DNA from: an uncultured Gammaproteobacteria bacterium
GTDB taxonomy: Bacteria; Pseudomonadota; Gammaproteobacteria; UBA9214
DNA: 64,000 bases
Assembly (NCBI GenBank): GCA_963773065.1
Contig: CAVYZN010000006.1
Span: 192,001-256,000, forward strand
Direction of reading: 5' to 3'
Part shown: positions 1-9,870 of the stretch, piece after piece
Position numbering within the stretch: position 1 is the first letter of the stretch
Layout of the letters: each line of letters starts with the position of its first letter
Notes under the pieces: model-generated
Seen by the model: the letters and a program-made list of their open reading frames with translations, nothing else
Database searches by the model: none
What the model was told of the DNA's origin: nothing
Program-made: the position numbers and the translations under genes

Positions 1-2045
1 CCGATCCCCGCGACCTGCCGGTCAACCCGGCCCTGGACGGCGCCGGCAACGAGGTCTTCGTGCGTCTGGATTTCCCGGGCCGGGTCGTGGAACTGAAGGT
101 CTGGCAGGTACGCGCCGGCCATATCCGGCTGTTTCTACTCGACAGCGACGTGCCCGCCAACAGCCCGGATGACCGCGAGTTGACCGCTCAGCTCTACGGC
201 GGCGACCTGAACATGCGCATCCAGCAGGAAATCATCCTCGGTATCGGCGGCACCCGCGCCTTGCGGGCGCTGGGACTGCGCCCGACCGTCTGGCACATCA
301 ACGAAGGACATGCCGCCTTCCTCATCCTGGAACGCTGCAAGGAGAAGGTGCGTGACGGCATGGACTTCGACAGCGCGCTCGAACTGGTCGCCGCCAATAC
401 GGCGTTTACCACCCACACCCCGGTGCCGGCCGGCCACGATGTCTTCGATTACGATTCCATGTCCCGCTATTTCGACGCCTGCATCAAGGATCTCGGCCTG
501 AGCCGGCAGCAGTTCATGGATCTCGGCGCCAATCCGCGCAACCCGCACGGCTTCTCCACCACCACGCTGGCGTTGCGCGGCTCGCGCTTCCGCAACGGCG
601 TCAGCCGCATCCACGGCGGCGTGGCGGCGGAAATGGAATCCTACCTCTGGCCCGACATCCAGACTTCGGAAAACCCGATCGGCTACATCACCAACGGGGC
701 GGACGTCGACACCTACCTGGCGCGCTCCTGGGTGGCCCTGTTCGAGATGTACATGGGGGGTGGCTGGCGCGCCAAGCTCACCGACAAGAAGTTCTGGGAT
801 GAGTTTATCGAGAGCATACCCGACCATGTCTTCATGAGCGTCCGGCAACTGCTCAAGGCGGCAGCCATCGAGGACATCCGCAACCGCGCGACCATGCAGT
901 ACGAGCGCTGCGCGCAGACGAAGTCCCTGGCGCAACGACTCGTCGCCCATCTCACGCCGCGCCACCTCAACACCCTGCTGATCGGCTTCGCCCGCCGTTT
1001 CGCCACCTACAAGCGCGCCGGCATGATCTTCAAGGATCTCGACCGCCTCGCCCGGCTGGTCAACGACCCGGAGCGTCCCGTGATCCTGGTGTTCGCCGGC
1101 AAGGCCCACCCCAACGACGTTCCCGGGCAGGCCTTGCTCAGAGATATTTTCAGGATCAGCCTGCGGCCCGAATTCCAGGGCAAGATCATCCTGCTCGAGA
1201 ATTACAACCTGTCCATGACGCGCGAGCTTCTGCCCGGCGTCGATGTCTGGCTCAATACCCCGGAATACCCCCTGGAGGCCTGCGGCACCTCGGGCATGAA
1301 AGCCGCCATCAACGGCGCGATCAACCTCAGCGTACTGGATGGCTGGTGGGCGGAGGGCTATAACGGCGAGAATGGCTGGGCGATAACGCCGCATCCCGGT
1401 TTCGACTCGGAAACCCGCAACCGACTGGAATCCGAGGAGTTGATGAACATCATCGAATTCCAGGTGATCCCGGCCTATTACGCGCGCAACAGCGACGGGG
1501 AGCCGGAAGTCTGGACGAAGAAGGCGAAGGCCTCCATGAAATCCATCCTGCCGCAGTTCAACACCATCCGCATGGCGCTCGACTACCTGAACGATTCCTA
1601 CGCGCCGGCGGCGCGGCAGGGACGCCGGCTGGCCGAGCAGCAATACGCGGGCGCCCGGGAACTGGCCCGCTGGAAAAAGAAGATCAGGGAGACCTGGCCC
1701 AGTGTTCGCGCCCGCCTGCCGGCGCCGCTGGCCACCTCGGTCCAGGCCGGCGAGTCCGTATCACTGGAGGTCGCGGTCCACTTGAATGGGCTCGACGCCG
1801 GTGACATCGTCGTGGAGTGCGTACTGGGCGACGAATCCGTGGCCGGGGAATTCATCGCGACGAATCGCATACCGTTCACGCTGGTCGGACAGAACCCGGA
1901 GGGTGAGACCCTGTACCACTGCGATCTCTTCGACAGCGACCAGTCCTGCCGGGTAGGCGGACTGCATCAGTTCAAGGTCAGGGTCTACCCGAGCCATGAA
2001 CTGCTGAGCCATCCGTTCGAATGCGGCCGCATGCTCTGGCTCTAA
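1..2045 (+). CDS. glgP: alpha-glucan (glycogen) phosphorylase, 5'-truncated by window edge
   Basis: HINEGHAAF, FTTHTPVPAGHD, GFARRFATYKR, GKAHP and EACGTSGMKA (PLP lysine) motifs; the reading frame is open upstream of 60. Confidence 0.95.
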   Translation, partial: DPRDLPVNPALDGAGNEVFVRLDFPGRVVELKVWQVRAGHIRLFLLDSDVPANSPDDRELTAQLYGGDLNMRIQQEIILGIGGTRALRALGLRPTVWHINEGHAAFLILERCKEKVRDGMDFDSALELVAANTAFTTHTPVPAGHDVFDYDSMSRYFDACIKDLGLSRQQFMDLGANPRNPHGFSTTTLALRGSRFRNGVSRIHGGVAAEMESYLWPDIQTSENPIGYITNGADVDTYLARSWVALFEMYMGGGWRAKLTDKKFWDEFIESIPDHVFMSVRQLLKAAAIEDIRNRATMQYERCAQTKSLAQRLVAHLTPRHLNTLLIGFARRFATYKRAGMIFKDLDRLARLVNDPERPVILVFAGKAHPNDVPGQALLRDIFRISLRPEFQGKIILLENYNLSMTRELLPGVDVWLNTPEYPLEACGTSGMKAAINGAINLSVLDGWWAEGYNGENGWAITPHPGFDSETRNRLESEELMNIIEFQVIPAYYARNSDGEPEVWTKKAKASMKSILPQFNTIRMALDYLNDSYAPAARQGRRLAEQQYAGARELARWKKKIRETWPSVRARLPAPLATSVQAGESVSLEVAVHLNGLDAGDIVVECVLGDESVAGEFIATNRIPFTLVGQNPEGETLYHCDLFDSDQSCRVGGLHQFKVRVYPSHELLSHPFECGRMLWL

Positions 2046-2226
2046 CGGTGTCCGTCGGCAAACACTTTCTCACCGCAGAGACGCGAAGAATGCGAAGCTG
2101 AGAATTGATTATTAATAAATAACTGTCGCGAAAGCTCACGCGACATTCACGGATTGAAACCGGACAATTCGATCCCTTCCGTGACGTTGCCGTGCAATTG
2201 TCCGGCGTCTGGGCTTAATTAGCATC

Positions 2227-2255
2227 CTGACCCGTCACGCGGCACGGGGTATAAT
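2227..2255 (+). promoter_or_regulatory. putative sigma70 promoter of rph operon
   Basis: TATAAT at 2250-2255 with CTGACC 17 bp upstream; AGGA RBS before ATG 2291. Confidence 0.5.
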
Positions 2256-2290
2256 GCCCGGCTCACCCGACCCATCAGCCAGGAATTGCC

Positions 2291-3007
2291 ATGCGACCCA
2301 GTCAACGCGCCCCCGATGAATTACGCCATGTACGCATCACCCGCAACTACACCAAACATGCCGAAGGCTCCGTGCTGGTGGAATTCGGCGATACCCGGGT
2401 GTTGTGCAATGCCTCCGTCGAGGAGCGCCTGCCGCCCTTTCTCAGGGGCAAGGGGGAAGGCTGGGTCACGGCGGAATACGGCATGCTGCCGCGTTCCACC
2501 AGCAGCCGCATGAACCGCGAAGCGGCCCACGGCCGGCAGGGCGGGCGCACCCAGGAGATCCAGCGCCTGATCGGACGCTCGTTGCGCGCGGTCGTGGACA
2601 TGAAGGCCCTGGGCGAGCGTTCCATCACCATCGACTGCGATGTCATACAGGCCGACGGGGGCACCCGCACGGCCAGCATCACCGGCGGCTACGTGGCGCT
2701 GGTCGACGCCGTCCAGTCGCTGCTGGACCACAAGGTCCTGAGCAGGAACCCGCTCATCGGCCGGGTCGCCTCCGTCTCGGTCGGCATTTACCAGGGCACG
2801 CCGGTGCTCGATCTCGATTACCCCGAGGATTGCGGCGCCGAAACCGACATGAATGTCGTCATGAACGACGCCGGCCAGTTCATCGAGGTGCAGGGCACGG
2901 CCGAAGGACATCCCTTCAACCATGCGGAACTCGATGCCATGCTGGCGCTGGCCCGCAAGGGCATCGAGCAACTGCTCACCGAGCAGCGCCAGGCGCTGGA
3001 GCGCTAA
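2291..3007 (+). CDS. rph: ribonuclease PH
   Basis: MRPSQR..., [41 protein letters not shown]. Confidence 0.97.
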   Translation: MRPSQRAPDELRHVRITRNYTKHAEGSVLVEFGDTRVLCNASVEERLPPFLRGKGEGWVTAEYGMLPRSTSSRMNREAAHGRQGGRTQEIQRLIGRSLRAVVDMKALGERSITIDCDVIQADGGTRTASITGGYVALVDAVQSLLDHKVLSRNPLIGRVASVSVGIYQGTPVLDLDYPEDCGAETDMNVVMNDAGQFIEVQGTAEGHPFNHAELDAMLALARKGIEQLLTEQRQALER

Positions 3008-3011
3008 CCCG

Positions 3012-3608
3012 GTGAAGCAGCTCGTGCTCGCGAGCGGCAACCCGGGCAAGGTGCGCGAGATCAATCAGTTGCTCGCCGAGATTGACCTGAATGTCGTGCC
3101 GCAAAGCGAATACGGCGTAGTCGAAGCCGAGGAAACCGGCCTGACGTTCGTCGAGAACGCCATCCTCAAGGCCCGCAACGCCGCGCTGCACACCGGTCTG
3201 CCCGCCATCGCGGACGATTCCGGCATCGAGGTGGATGCCCTGAACGGCGCGCCGGGGATTTATTCGGCGCGTTACGCCGGCGCCGGCGCGAGCGACCGGG
3301 CCAATCTGGAGAAACTGCTTGCCGACCTGGCCGGGGTGACGGAGGCGCGGCGCACCGCCCGCTTCCAGTGCCTGATGGTCTGCCTGCGGCACGCGCACGA
3401 TCCCACGCCCCTGATCTGCCAGGGAACCTGGGAAGGCCGCATCCTGTTCGCGCCCCGGGGCGAGAACGGCTTCGGCTACGACCCCGTGTTCCATGTGCCC
3501 ACGCACGATTGTTCCTCGGCCGAACTCCCGCCCGAGGTCAAGAATGCCCTCAGCCACCGCGGCCAGGCCCTGCGGAAACTGCTTGATGCCCTGAGAAGTA
3601 AGAAGTAA
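3012..3608 (+). CDS. rdgB: XTP/dITP diphosphatase (Ham1 family)
   Basis: GTG start 3012; [23 protein letters not shown] motifs; follows rph. Confidence 0.95.
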   Translation: MKQLVLASGNPGKVREINQLLAEIDLNVVPQSEYGVVEAEETGLTFVENAILKARNAALHTGLPAIADDSGIEVDALNGAPGIYSARYAGAGASDRANLEKLLADLAGVTEARRTARFQCLMVCLRHAHDPTPLICQGTWEGRILFAPRGENGFGYDPVFHVPTHDCSSAELPPEVKNALSHRGQALRKLLDALRSKK

Positions 3609-3807
3609 ATAAAGTAAGAAGTAATAAAGTGAGAGGTGAAAAACATCATGTCAGGGAAGGATGGTAATTCACGCCTGCTGGCTATCCTTGATTGATGTAA
3701 ACGCAGGATTCTTGATTTCAGCGGTCATCATCGACAACCCGAGAATTCACATGCCACCCTTCACTTCTCAACTTCATTACTTCTCACTTCTAACTTTTGA
3801 CTTTTCA
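3592..3807. repeat. pair of inverted degenerate heptamer arrays between rdgB and hemW
   Basis: (TRAGAAG)-like units at 3592-3640 and complementary (CTTYTNA)-like units at 3760-3807 around a ~120-bp core. Confidence 0.7.
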
Positions 3808-3817
3808 CACTGAAATA

Positions 3818-5003
3818 ATGTTCGAGTTCACCGCCCCGCCGCCGCTCACCCTGTACATTCACCTGCCGTGGTGCGTGCGCAAATGCCCCTATTGCGACTT
3901 CAACTCGCATGAAGTACGCGCGGCGGTTCCGGAGCAGGCGTACGTCGAGGCGTTGATCTTCGATCTCGAGCGGGACCTGCCGTTGGTGTGGGGACGCACC
4001 GTCGAGGCCATCTTCATCGGCGGCGGGACACCCAGCTTGTTTTCACCCGAGTGGATCGATCATCTGCTCGGCGCGGTACGTGCGCGCGTGCCGCTCAAGC
4101 CCGGCGCCGAGATCACGCTGGAAGCCAACCCCGGTACCGTGGACCAGGCGCGGTTCCGGGGGTTTCGCGAGGCCGGCGTCAACCGCCTCTCGCTCGGCAT
4201 CCAGAGTTTTCAGCCCGGGCTGCTCGAAAACATCGGGCGCATCCACGACGACCGGCAGGCGCTCGCGGCCGTGCGCGCCGCGCAGGCCGCCGGCTTCGAC
4301 AACATCAACCTCGACCTGATGTTCGGCCTGCCGGGACAGGACATCGAGGCGGCGCTGGCTGACTTGCGCATCGCCATCGAACTGCAGCCGGCGCATGTTT
4401 CCTGGTATGAACTCACCATCGAGCCCAATACCTGGTTTCATCGCCATCCGCCGTCGCGCCCCGGCGATGAGACCTTGTGGCGCATGCAGCAGGAGGGTCT
4501 CGCCCTGCTTAAGGCAGGCGGCTACCGCCGCTATGAAGTTTCCGCCTATGCCCGCGCAGGCCGGGAGTGCCGGCACAACCTGAATTACTGGCGTTTCGGC
4601 GATTACCTCGGCATCGGCGCCGGCGCGCACGGCAAGCTGACCGATACCGCACGGCAGACGGTGACGCGTCTCGCGAAGACCCGGCATCCGGCCCGCTATA
4701 TGGAAAGCGCCCGGAACCGGGAACGCCTCGGCGCCGAGACGCCGTTGTCAGCGCGGGATGTGGTGCTGGAATTCGCCATGAATGCCCTGCGACTCGACGC
4801 CGGTTTCACGGTTGCCGGCTTTCGCGAGGCGACCGGACTGCCCTTCAGCGCCGCCGCTGAAGCGCTCGGCGCGTCAATCGAACGCGGCCTGCTCGAGATG
4901 AGACCAGGATGTCATCCGCGCCACGCCACGGGGCCAGCGCTACCTGGATGAGTTGCTGCAATACTGGATAGCGGAGGAACCACGGGATGCTCGAATCGGC
5001 TGA
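3818..5003 (+). CDS. hemW: radical SAM heme chaperone HemW (frameshift near 4900)
   Basis: LYIHLPWCVRKCPYCDFNSH, GGGTPS, HNLNYWRFGDYLGIGAGAHGK; C-terminus ATPRGQRYLDELLQYW lies in a shifted frame ending TGA 5003. Confidence 0.92.
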
Positions 5004-5175
5004 GATCGTATGCCCCTATTGCGGGGAGTGTTTTGAAACCCATGTCGACTTGAGCGGCGGCGAGCAGAATTACATCGAGGATTGTCCGGTCTGCTGCCGG
5101 CCGATTGAGTTTCACCTCGAAACGGGACTCGCCGGTGAACTCGTATCACTCACTCCCCGTCGCGACGATGACTGA
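4987..5175 (+). CDS. CPXCG-motif cysteine-rich small protein
   Basis: CPYCGE...DLSGGEQNYIEDCPVCCRPI. Confidence 0.85.
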   Translation: MLESAEIVCPYCGECFETHVDLSGGEQNYIEDCPVCCRPIEFHLETGLAGELVSLTPRRDDD

Positions 5176-5337
5176 CGGCAATGCGCGCAGCCAAATTCTG
5201 ACACCACTGAATGGCGCCACGCCTCACCGCGGCTTCCTGATACTCCGATTCGATCTGAAACCCCGTGTCGGCGTCCTGCCGCCCGGGCTGTACCCGCCGG
5301 CGTACGTACGCCGACACATCGGGATCAACGCCGTGCC

Positions 5338-5688
5338 TTACGCGGCCTTGAGGGTGACATGGGCCTCTTCACCGAGGATCTTGAAGATGTTGTTGAAATC
5401 CGCCTTGGCGGTTTCGACGAACACCCCGATCTCGCCCATCACGCAGACCGAATAATCGCCGGCCGCGACCGCCCATCCATGGAAGGGTGTCCACTTCATG
5501 CCGCTGATGCGGGTGAAGGTTTCCGCCTGTGTGGTACCCATCAGCGAGTTGGCGGCACACATCCTAGCAACCAGTTCGGCGATGTCTTCACTCAGTTCAC
5601 CCTTGTAGCTGACGAGTTCGCCGACCGGCGTCAACTCAAAGCCTGCAACGGCACCCGACAGCCCCATCAATCTTTTGAGATTTGCCAT
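5338..5688 (-). CDS. DUF2173-like protein
   Basis: 116 aa, strong GGAGG RBS, ARMCAAN...WTPFHGWAVAAGDYSVC pattern recalled for DUF2173. Confidence 0.7.
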   Translation of the reverse strand: MANLKRLMGLSGAVAGFELTPVGELVSYKGELSEDIAELVARMCAANSLMGTTQAETFTRISGMKWTPFHGWAVAAGDYSVCVMGEIGVFVETAKADFNNIFKILGEEAHVTLKAA

Positions 5689-5959
5689 TGTTCACCTCCT
5701 CCGGCATTGCACCGGATTCATGGCGGCGGACATACCATTAGGTACGTCCGCGCTTCTAAGTATAGTGCTTCGACGTGACGGTACTACCCTGATCGCTGCC
5801 GGGGAATTATTGCTGACGCCACTCGAAGGAGACGCTGTTTGATTCGCGATGATGGCCGCCCCACCGTTATTTCAGCGAATCTTATCCAGACTATAATACT
5901 CAACTATACAAGCCGACCTTTTGCCGCAGGCCGTTTAAACGTGAGGACACGATAATAAT

Positions 5960-7565
5960 ATGGACACTTCAGTCGAGCAGGCCCAACGAGTACGTTTCTG
6001 GAACACCGACCCGAGGGTACGCGGCATCGTGGACAATGTCGCCGATGCGGTGATCGGGATCGATGTGCGCGGCTGACATCGAGCTGTTCAACCCGGTCGC
6101 CGAACACCTGTTCGGGTATTCCGCGGCGGAGGTCATGGGCCGCAATGTCAAGCTGCTGGCGGCGCCCGAATACAGCCACCGGCACGACGAGTTCATCGCC
6201 AACTATCTCAAGACCGGTGAGCGCCACATCATCGGCATCGGCCGTGAGGTGGAAGGCCGGCGCAAGGACGGCACCACCTTCCCCATGTACCTGTCGGTGG
6301 GGGAGGTGAAAGTCGGGGGATTCCACGGCTTCATCGGCATCATCCATGACCTGACGTCGCAAAAGGCCGCCGAACAGGCGTTAAGGGGGGCACGCGCCTA
6401 CCTGCAGGACATCATCGACTCCATGCCGTCCATCCTGGTCGGGGTGGATGCGGAGGGGCGCGTCACCCACTGGAATCAGGCGGCGGTCAGCGAGCAGGGA
6501 AAGACCGCCGCGCAGGCCATTGGACGCCCGCTGGCCGAGCTGTTCCCGTTTCTGGAGCGGCAGATTGGGGACGTGGGGCGGGCGATCCGGGAAGGCCAAC
6601 TGGTCCGCAGCGAGCGCCTGCTCCTGCAGGACGGGGACACCAGCCGCTATATCGATGTGGTGGTCTATCCGCTCAACTCCGGTGATGGCGCCGGCGCCGT
6701 GGTGCGCATCGATGACGTTTCCGAGCGTGTGCGCATCGAGGAGACGATGGTGCAGTCGGAGAAGATGCTGTCGGTAGGAGGGCTCGCCGCCGGCATGGCG
6801 CATGAGATCAACAATCCACTGGGGATCATCGCCCAGAGCTGCCAGAATTTTGCGCGCCGGCTGTCGGACGATATTCCCCAGAACCAGGCGGTGGCGAAAG
6901 AGCTGGGGCTGGATCTGGGGCGGATGCGGACCTACCTGGAGCGCCGCGGCCTGCTGCGCTTTCTCGAGGGCATGCAGGAGGCAACCGCGCGCGCCAGCCG
7001 CATCGTGGCGGACATGCTGGCCTACAGCCGGCGCAGCACCTCGAGCTTCGTGCCCACCCGCATGACCGAGCTGGTGGAAACGGTGTTGCGCCTGGCGAGC
7101 CATGACTATGACGTAAAGAAGAGCTACGACTTCCGGCGCATCGCGATCCGCCGCGACTTCGACGCCCCGTCGGATATGGTGTTCTGCGAGCCCACGGCCA
7201 TCGAGCAAGTGCTGCTGAACCTGCTCAAGAACGCCGCCCAGGCCATGTCCGCCAATCCGCGGCAGGCAGCGCCGCAAATCATCCTGCGCCTGCGCGACGA
7301 GGGCGATTGGGTGCGACTGGAGGTGGAGGACAACGGCCCGGGGATGTCCGAAGAGGTCAGCCGCCGCCTGTTCGAACCCTTCTTCACGACCAAGCCGGTG
7401 GGCGTGGGCACAGGACTCGGCCTGGCCGTGGCCTATTTCATCGTCACCGAGCAGCATCACGGCAGCCTGCGAGTTGAATCGCCGCCCGGCGGCGGTGCGC
7501 GCTTCATCCTGCGTCTGCCGCGACAGGAGGACCGCCATGGCGCCGACAGTCCTGATCGTCGATGA
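5960..7565 (+). CDS. FixL-type heme-PAS / PAS sensor histidine kinase (frameshift at ~6074)
   Basis: PAS with RHDEFIANYLKTGERHIIGIGR..GRRKDGTTFPMYLSVGE; H-box AHEINNPL; N/G1/F/G2 boxes; true N-terminus from ATG 5960 in another frame. Confidence 0.9.
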
Positions 7566-7914
7566 CGAGGCACCCATCTGCGACAACCTGGCGGCCTACC
7601 TGGAAGACGACGGCCTGCGGGTGCAGGTGGCTCACTCCGGCGAGGAAGCCCTGCGACTGGTCGAGGCGGGGCTCGAGGTACAGGTGTGCATCCTGGACCT
7701 GCGCCTGCCCGGCATGGACGGCAACCAGACCGCGCTGGCGCTGCACCGCATCGCGCCCGGGATCCGCTTTCTGATCCATACGGGATCGACCGATTACACG
7801 CCCTCGCCGGATCTGGGCGGCATCGGCGTCAGCCCCGCGCACCTGTTCAACAAACCGGTGGCGGACATGTCGCGGCTGGTGCAGGCGGTACGTCTTCTGT
7901 GTCCCACCCACTGA
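7537..7914 (+). CDS. single-domain response regulator
   Basis: VLIVDDE, ILDLRLPGMDG, KP motif; GGAGG RBS before ATG 7537. Confidence 0.88.
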   Translation: MAPTVLIVDDEAPICDNLAAYLEDDGLRVQVAHSGEEALRLVEAGLEVQVCILDLRLPGMDGNQTALALHRIAPGIRFLIHTGSTDYTPSPDLGGIGVSPAHLFNKPVADMSRLVQAVRLLCPTH

Positions 7915-9143
7915 TCGCAACGACCGCGACCCCGGCCGAGACCCGGATACTGGTCGTCGACGACGACAACATGATGCGTTTCAACATCGCCGGCTATCTG
8001 GAGGACAGCGGCTATGACGTCTGTGAGGCGGTGGACGGGTCCGCCGCCATCGCGGCGGTGCGCGACCGGCCACCCGATCTGGTGCTCTGCGACCTGCGCA
8101 TGCCGGGAATGGATGGGATCGACGTGATGCGGGCGTTGCACAACGGGTATCCGGAGCTACCGGTCATCGCGGTTTCGGGAACCGGCGTTTTGAACGACGC
8201 CGTGGACGCGCTGCGGGCGGGCGCGTGGGATTTCGTCGTCAAGCCGATCCTGAACATGGCGGTGCTGGAGCACGCCGTGACCGGCGCCCTGCAAAAGGCC
8301 AGGCTGATCCGGGACAACCGCCGTTACCAGCAGGATATGGAACAGGCCAACCGGACCCTGCGGGACAATCTGCAGCAGATGCGGGAAGACGCCGATGCGG
8401 CGCGCCGGATCCAGCGGCAGATCATGCCGGAGCGCGAGCTGCGCTTCGGCCCCTATGGCGTGAGCCGCTGCCTGCTGCCATCCCTGGTCATGAGCGGCGA
8501 CTTCGTCGACTACTTCGCCATCGAACCCGGCCATATCGGCTTCTACCTGGCCGACGTGTCCGGCCACGGCGTTTCCTCCGCCTTCGTGACGGTGTTGCTC
8601 AAGAGCTATGTGAACCGCCAACTGGAACGCCTGGTCAAAGACGGCAACGCCATGGTGCGGGAACCACAGCACTTGTTGGCGCACCTGAATCACACCCTGC
8701 TCGACCAGCGGCTGGAAAAATATCTGACGATTTTCTACGCTGTGATCGACAGCGACAGCAACCGCCTGGATTACAGCTTCGGCGGCCATTTCCCCAGCCC
8801 GGTGCTGTTCGACGGCACGCGTGCGCGCTTTCTGCCCGGCCGGGGTCCGCCCATCGGCCTGTTCCGTGACGCCGTCTACGACGGGGATAGCCTGCCACTT
8901 CCGGAGCGTTTCACCCTGGCCCTGTTTTCCGACGGCATCCTGGAGGTGCTTCCCGAGAAATCACTGGAGCACAAGCAGGCGCGTCTGCTGAAGGCGCTGG
9001 AGGCATTGGATACCAACGCCGACGGCCTGATCGCCAGCCTGGGACTGAGCGGCGGTCAGGGCTATCCCGATGACATCACCCTGCTGCTTGCTGAAACGGG
9101 ATCGCTAGTCCGCATTGATCAATGGACGCGGTGGACGCGGTAG
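7899..9143 (+). CDS. response regulator with SpoIIE/PP2C phosphatase output (Pseudomonas RssB-like)
   Basis: REC (ILVVDDD, LCDLRMPGMDG) + coiled coil + SGDFVDY, LADVSGHG, FSDG, PDDIT. Confidence 0.88.
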   Translation: MSHPLIATTATPAETRILVVDDDNMMRFNIAGYLEDSGYDVCEAVDGSAAIAAVRDRPPDLVLCDLRMPGMDGIDVMRALHNGYPELPVIAVSGTGVLNDAVDALRAGAWDFVVKPILNMAVLEHAVTGALQKARLIRDNRRYQQDMEQANRTLRDNLQQMREDADAARRIQRQIMPERELRFGPYGVSRCLLPSLVMSGDFVDYFAIEPGHIGFYLADVSGHGVSSAFVTVLLKSYVNRQLERLVKDGNAMVREPQHLLAHLNHTLLDQRLEKYLTIFYAVIDSDSNRLDYSFGGHFPSPVLFDGTRARFLPGRGPPIGLFRDAVYDGDSLPLPERFTLALFSDGILEVLPEKSLEHKQARLLKALEALDTNADGLIASLGLSGGQGYPDDITLLLAETGSLVRIDQWTRWTR

Positions 9144-9242
9144 AACGATATCAGGCATTGAGGGATTGCAAATGTTGCCGACTCGGGAAAAGACGGTGTG
9201 TTTCCGGGAAGTGCCTGTCCCTGAGAGTACCGCAGGTTAGGC

Positions 9243-9737
9243 ATGGCGAGCGGCTCGGCACGTTATGCCAAAGACGCCGGCACCTGGGTCCTGCGGCTCG
9301 CCGGGGACGTGCGCCACCCGCTGGCTCCCGCCCTCAATGCCCTGCTGGACCAGGCCTTCGAGGACACGGCGCTCACTCACTTCGTGATCGACCTGTCCGC
9401 CACCGAGGCCATCGACAGCACCTGCCTCGGCATCCTGGCGCGCATCACCAATCACCTGTCCGGGCGCGGGCTCGGCAGGCCGGCCATCATTTCCCCCAAC
9501 GCCGATGTCACCACGCTGCTGCGCGTGGTCTGTTTCGACCGCCTGTTCCACCTGGTGACGGAGTCCCCCGTTGACCCGCAACGGTTGGAGCCGGTGGCGG
9601 CGCTGGCAGTAAACGAGCGCGAGATGCTGACCCTGGTCCTGGAGGCCCACCGCCGGTTGTGTGCCATCGACGCGCGGACCCATGCGGTGTTCCAGGACGT
9701 GGTGACCGCCCTGGAGACGGAGCAGCGCGGGAACTGA
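9243..9737 (+). CDS. STAS-domain anti-sigma factor antagonist (RssC-like)
   Basis: IDLSATEAIDSTCLGILA phospho-Ser motif; C-terminal LEAHRRL...FQDVV. Confidence 0.85.
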   Translation: MASGSARYAKDAGTWVLRLAGDVRHPLAPALNALLDQAFEDTALTHFVIDLSATEAIDSTCLGILARITNHLSGRGLGRPAIISPNADVTTLLRVVCFDRLFHLVTESPVDPQRLEPVAALAVNEREMLTLVLEAHRRLCAIDARTHAVFQDVVTALETEQRGN

Positions 9738-9870
9738 ATGGCGTTGTCCTTTCCCCGGATCACCCGCCGGGTTTCTCCGCGCATCCCGTTAGTCCCGGAC
9801 TTATCCCTGCACGCGCCGCGGACGGTGGAGCTATGCTTGTTTATGACGCCGCTCTGGAGGAGACGGCGGC

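Noticed and set aside
135-1643. Long antisense ORFs opposite glgP (likewise opposite glgX, glgB, aceA, coxL, gltB)
   Set aside because: Shadow frames expected from GC-rich codon bias; no recognisable motifs and they fully overlap well-supported genes.
2050-2210. Short purine-rich repeats and a CCGGACAATT/AATTGTCCGG inverted repeat after glgP
   Set aside because: Single occurrence with a long loop; cannot tell terminator, operator or element remnant apart.
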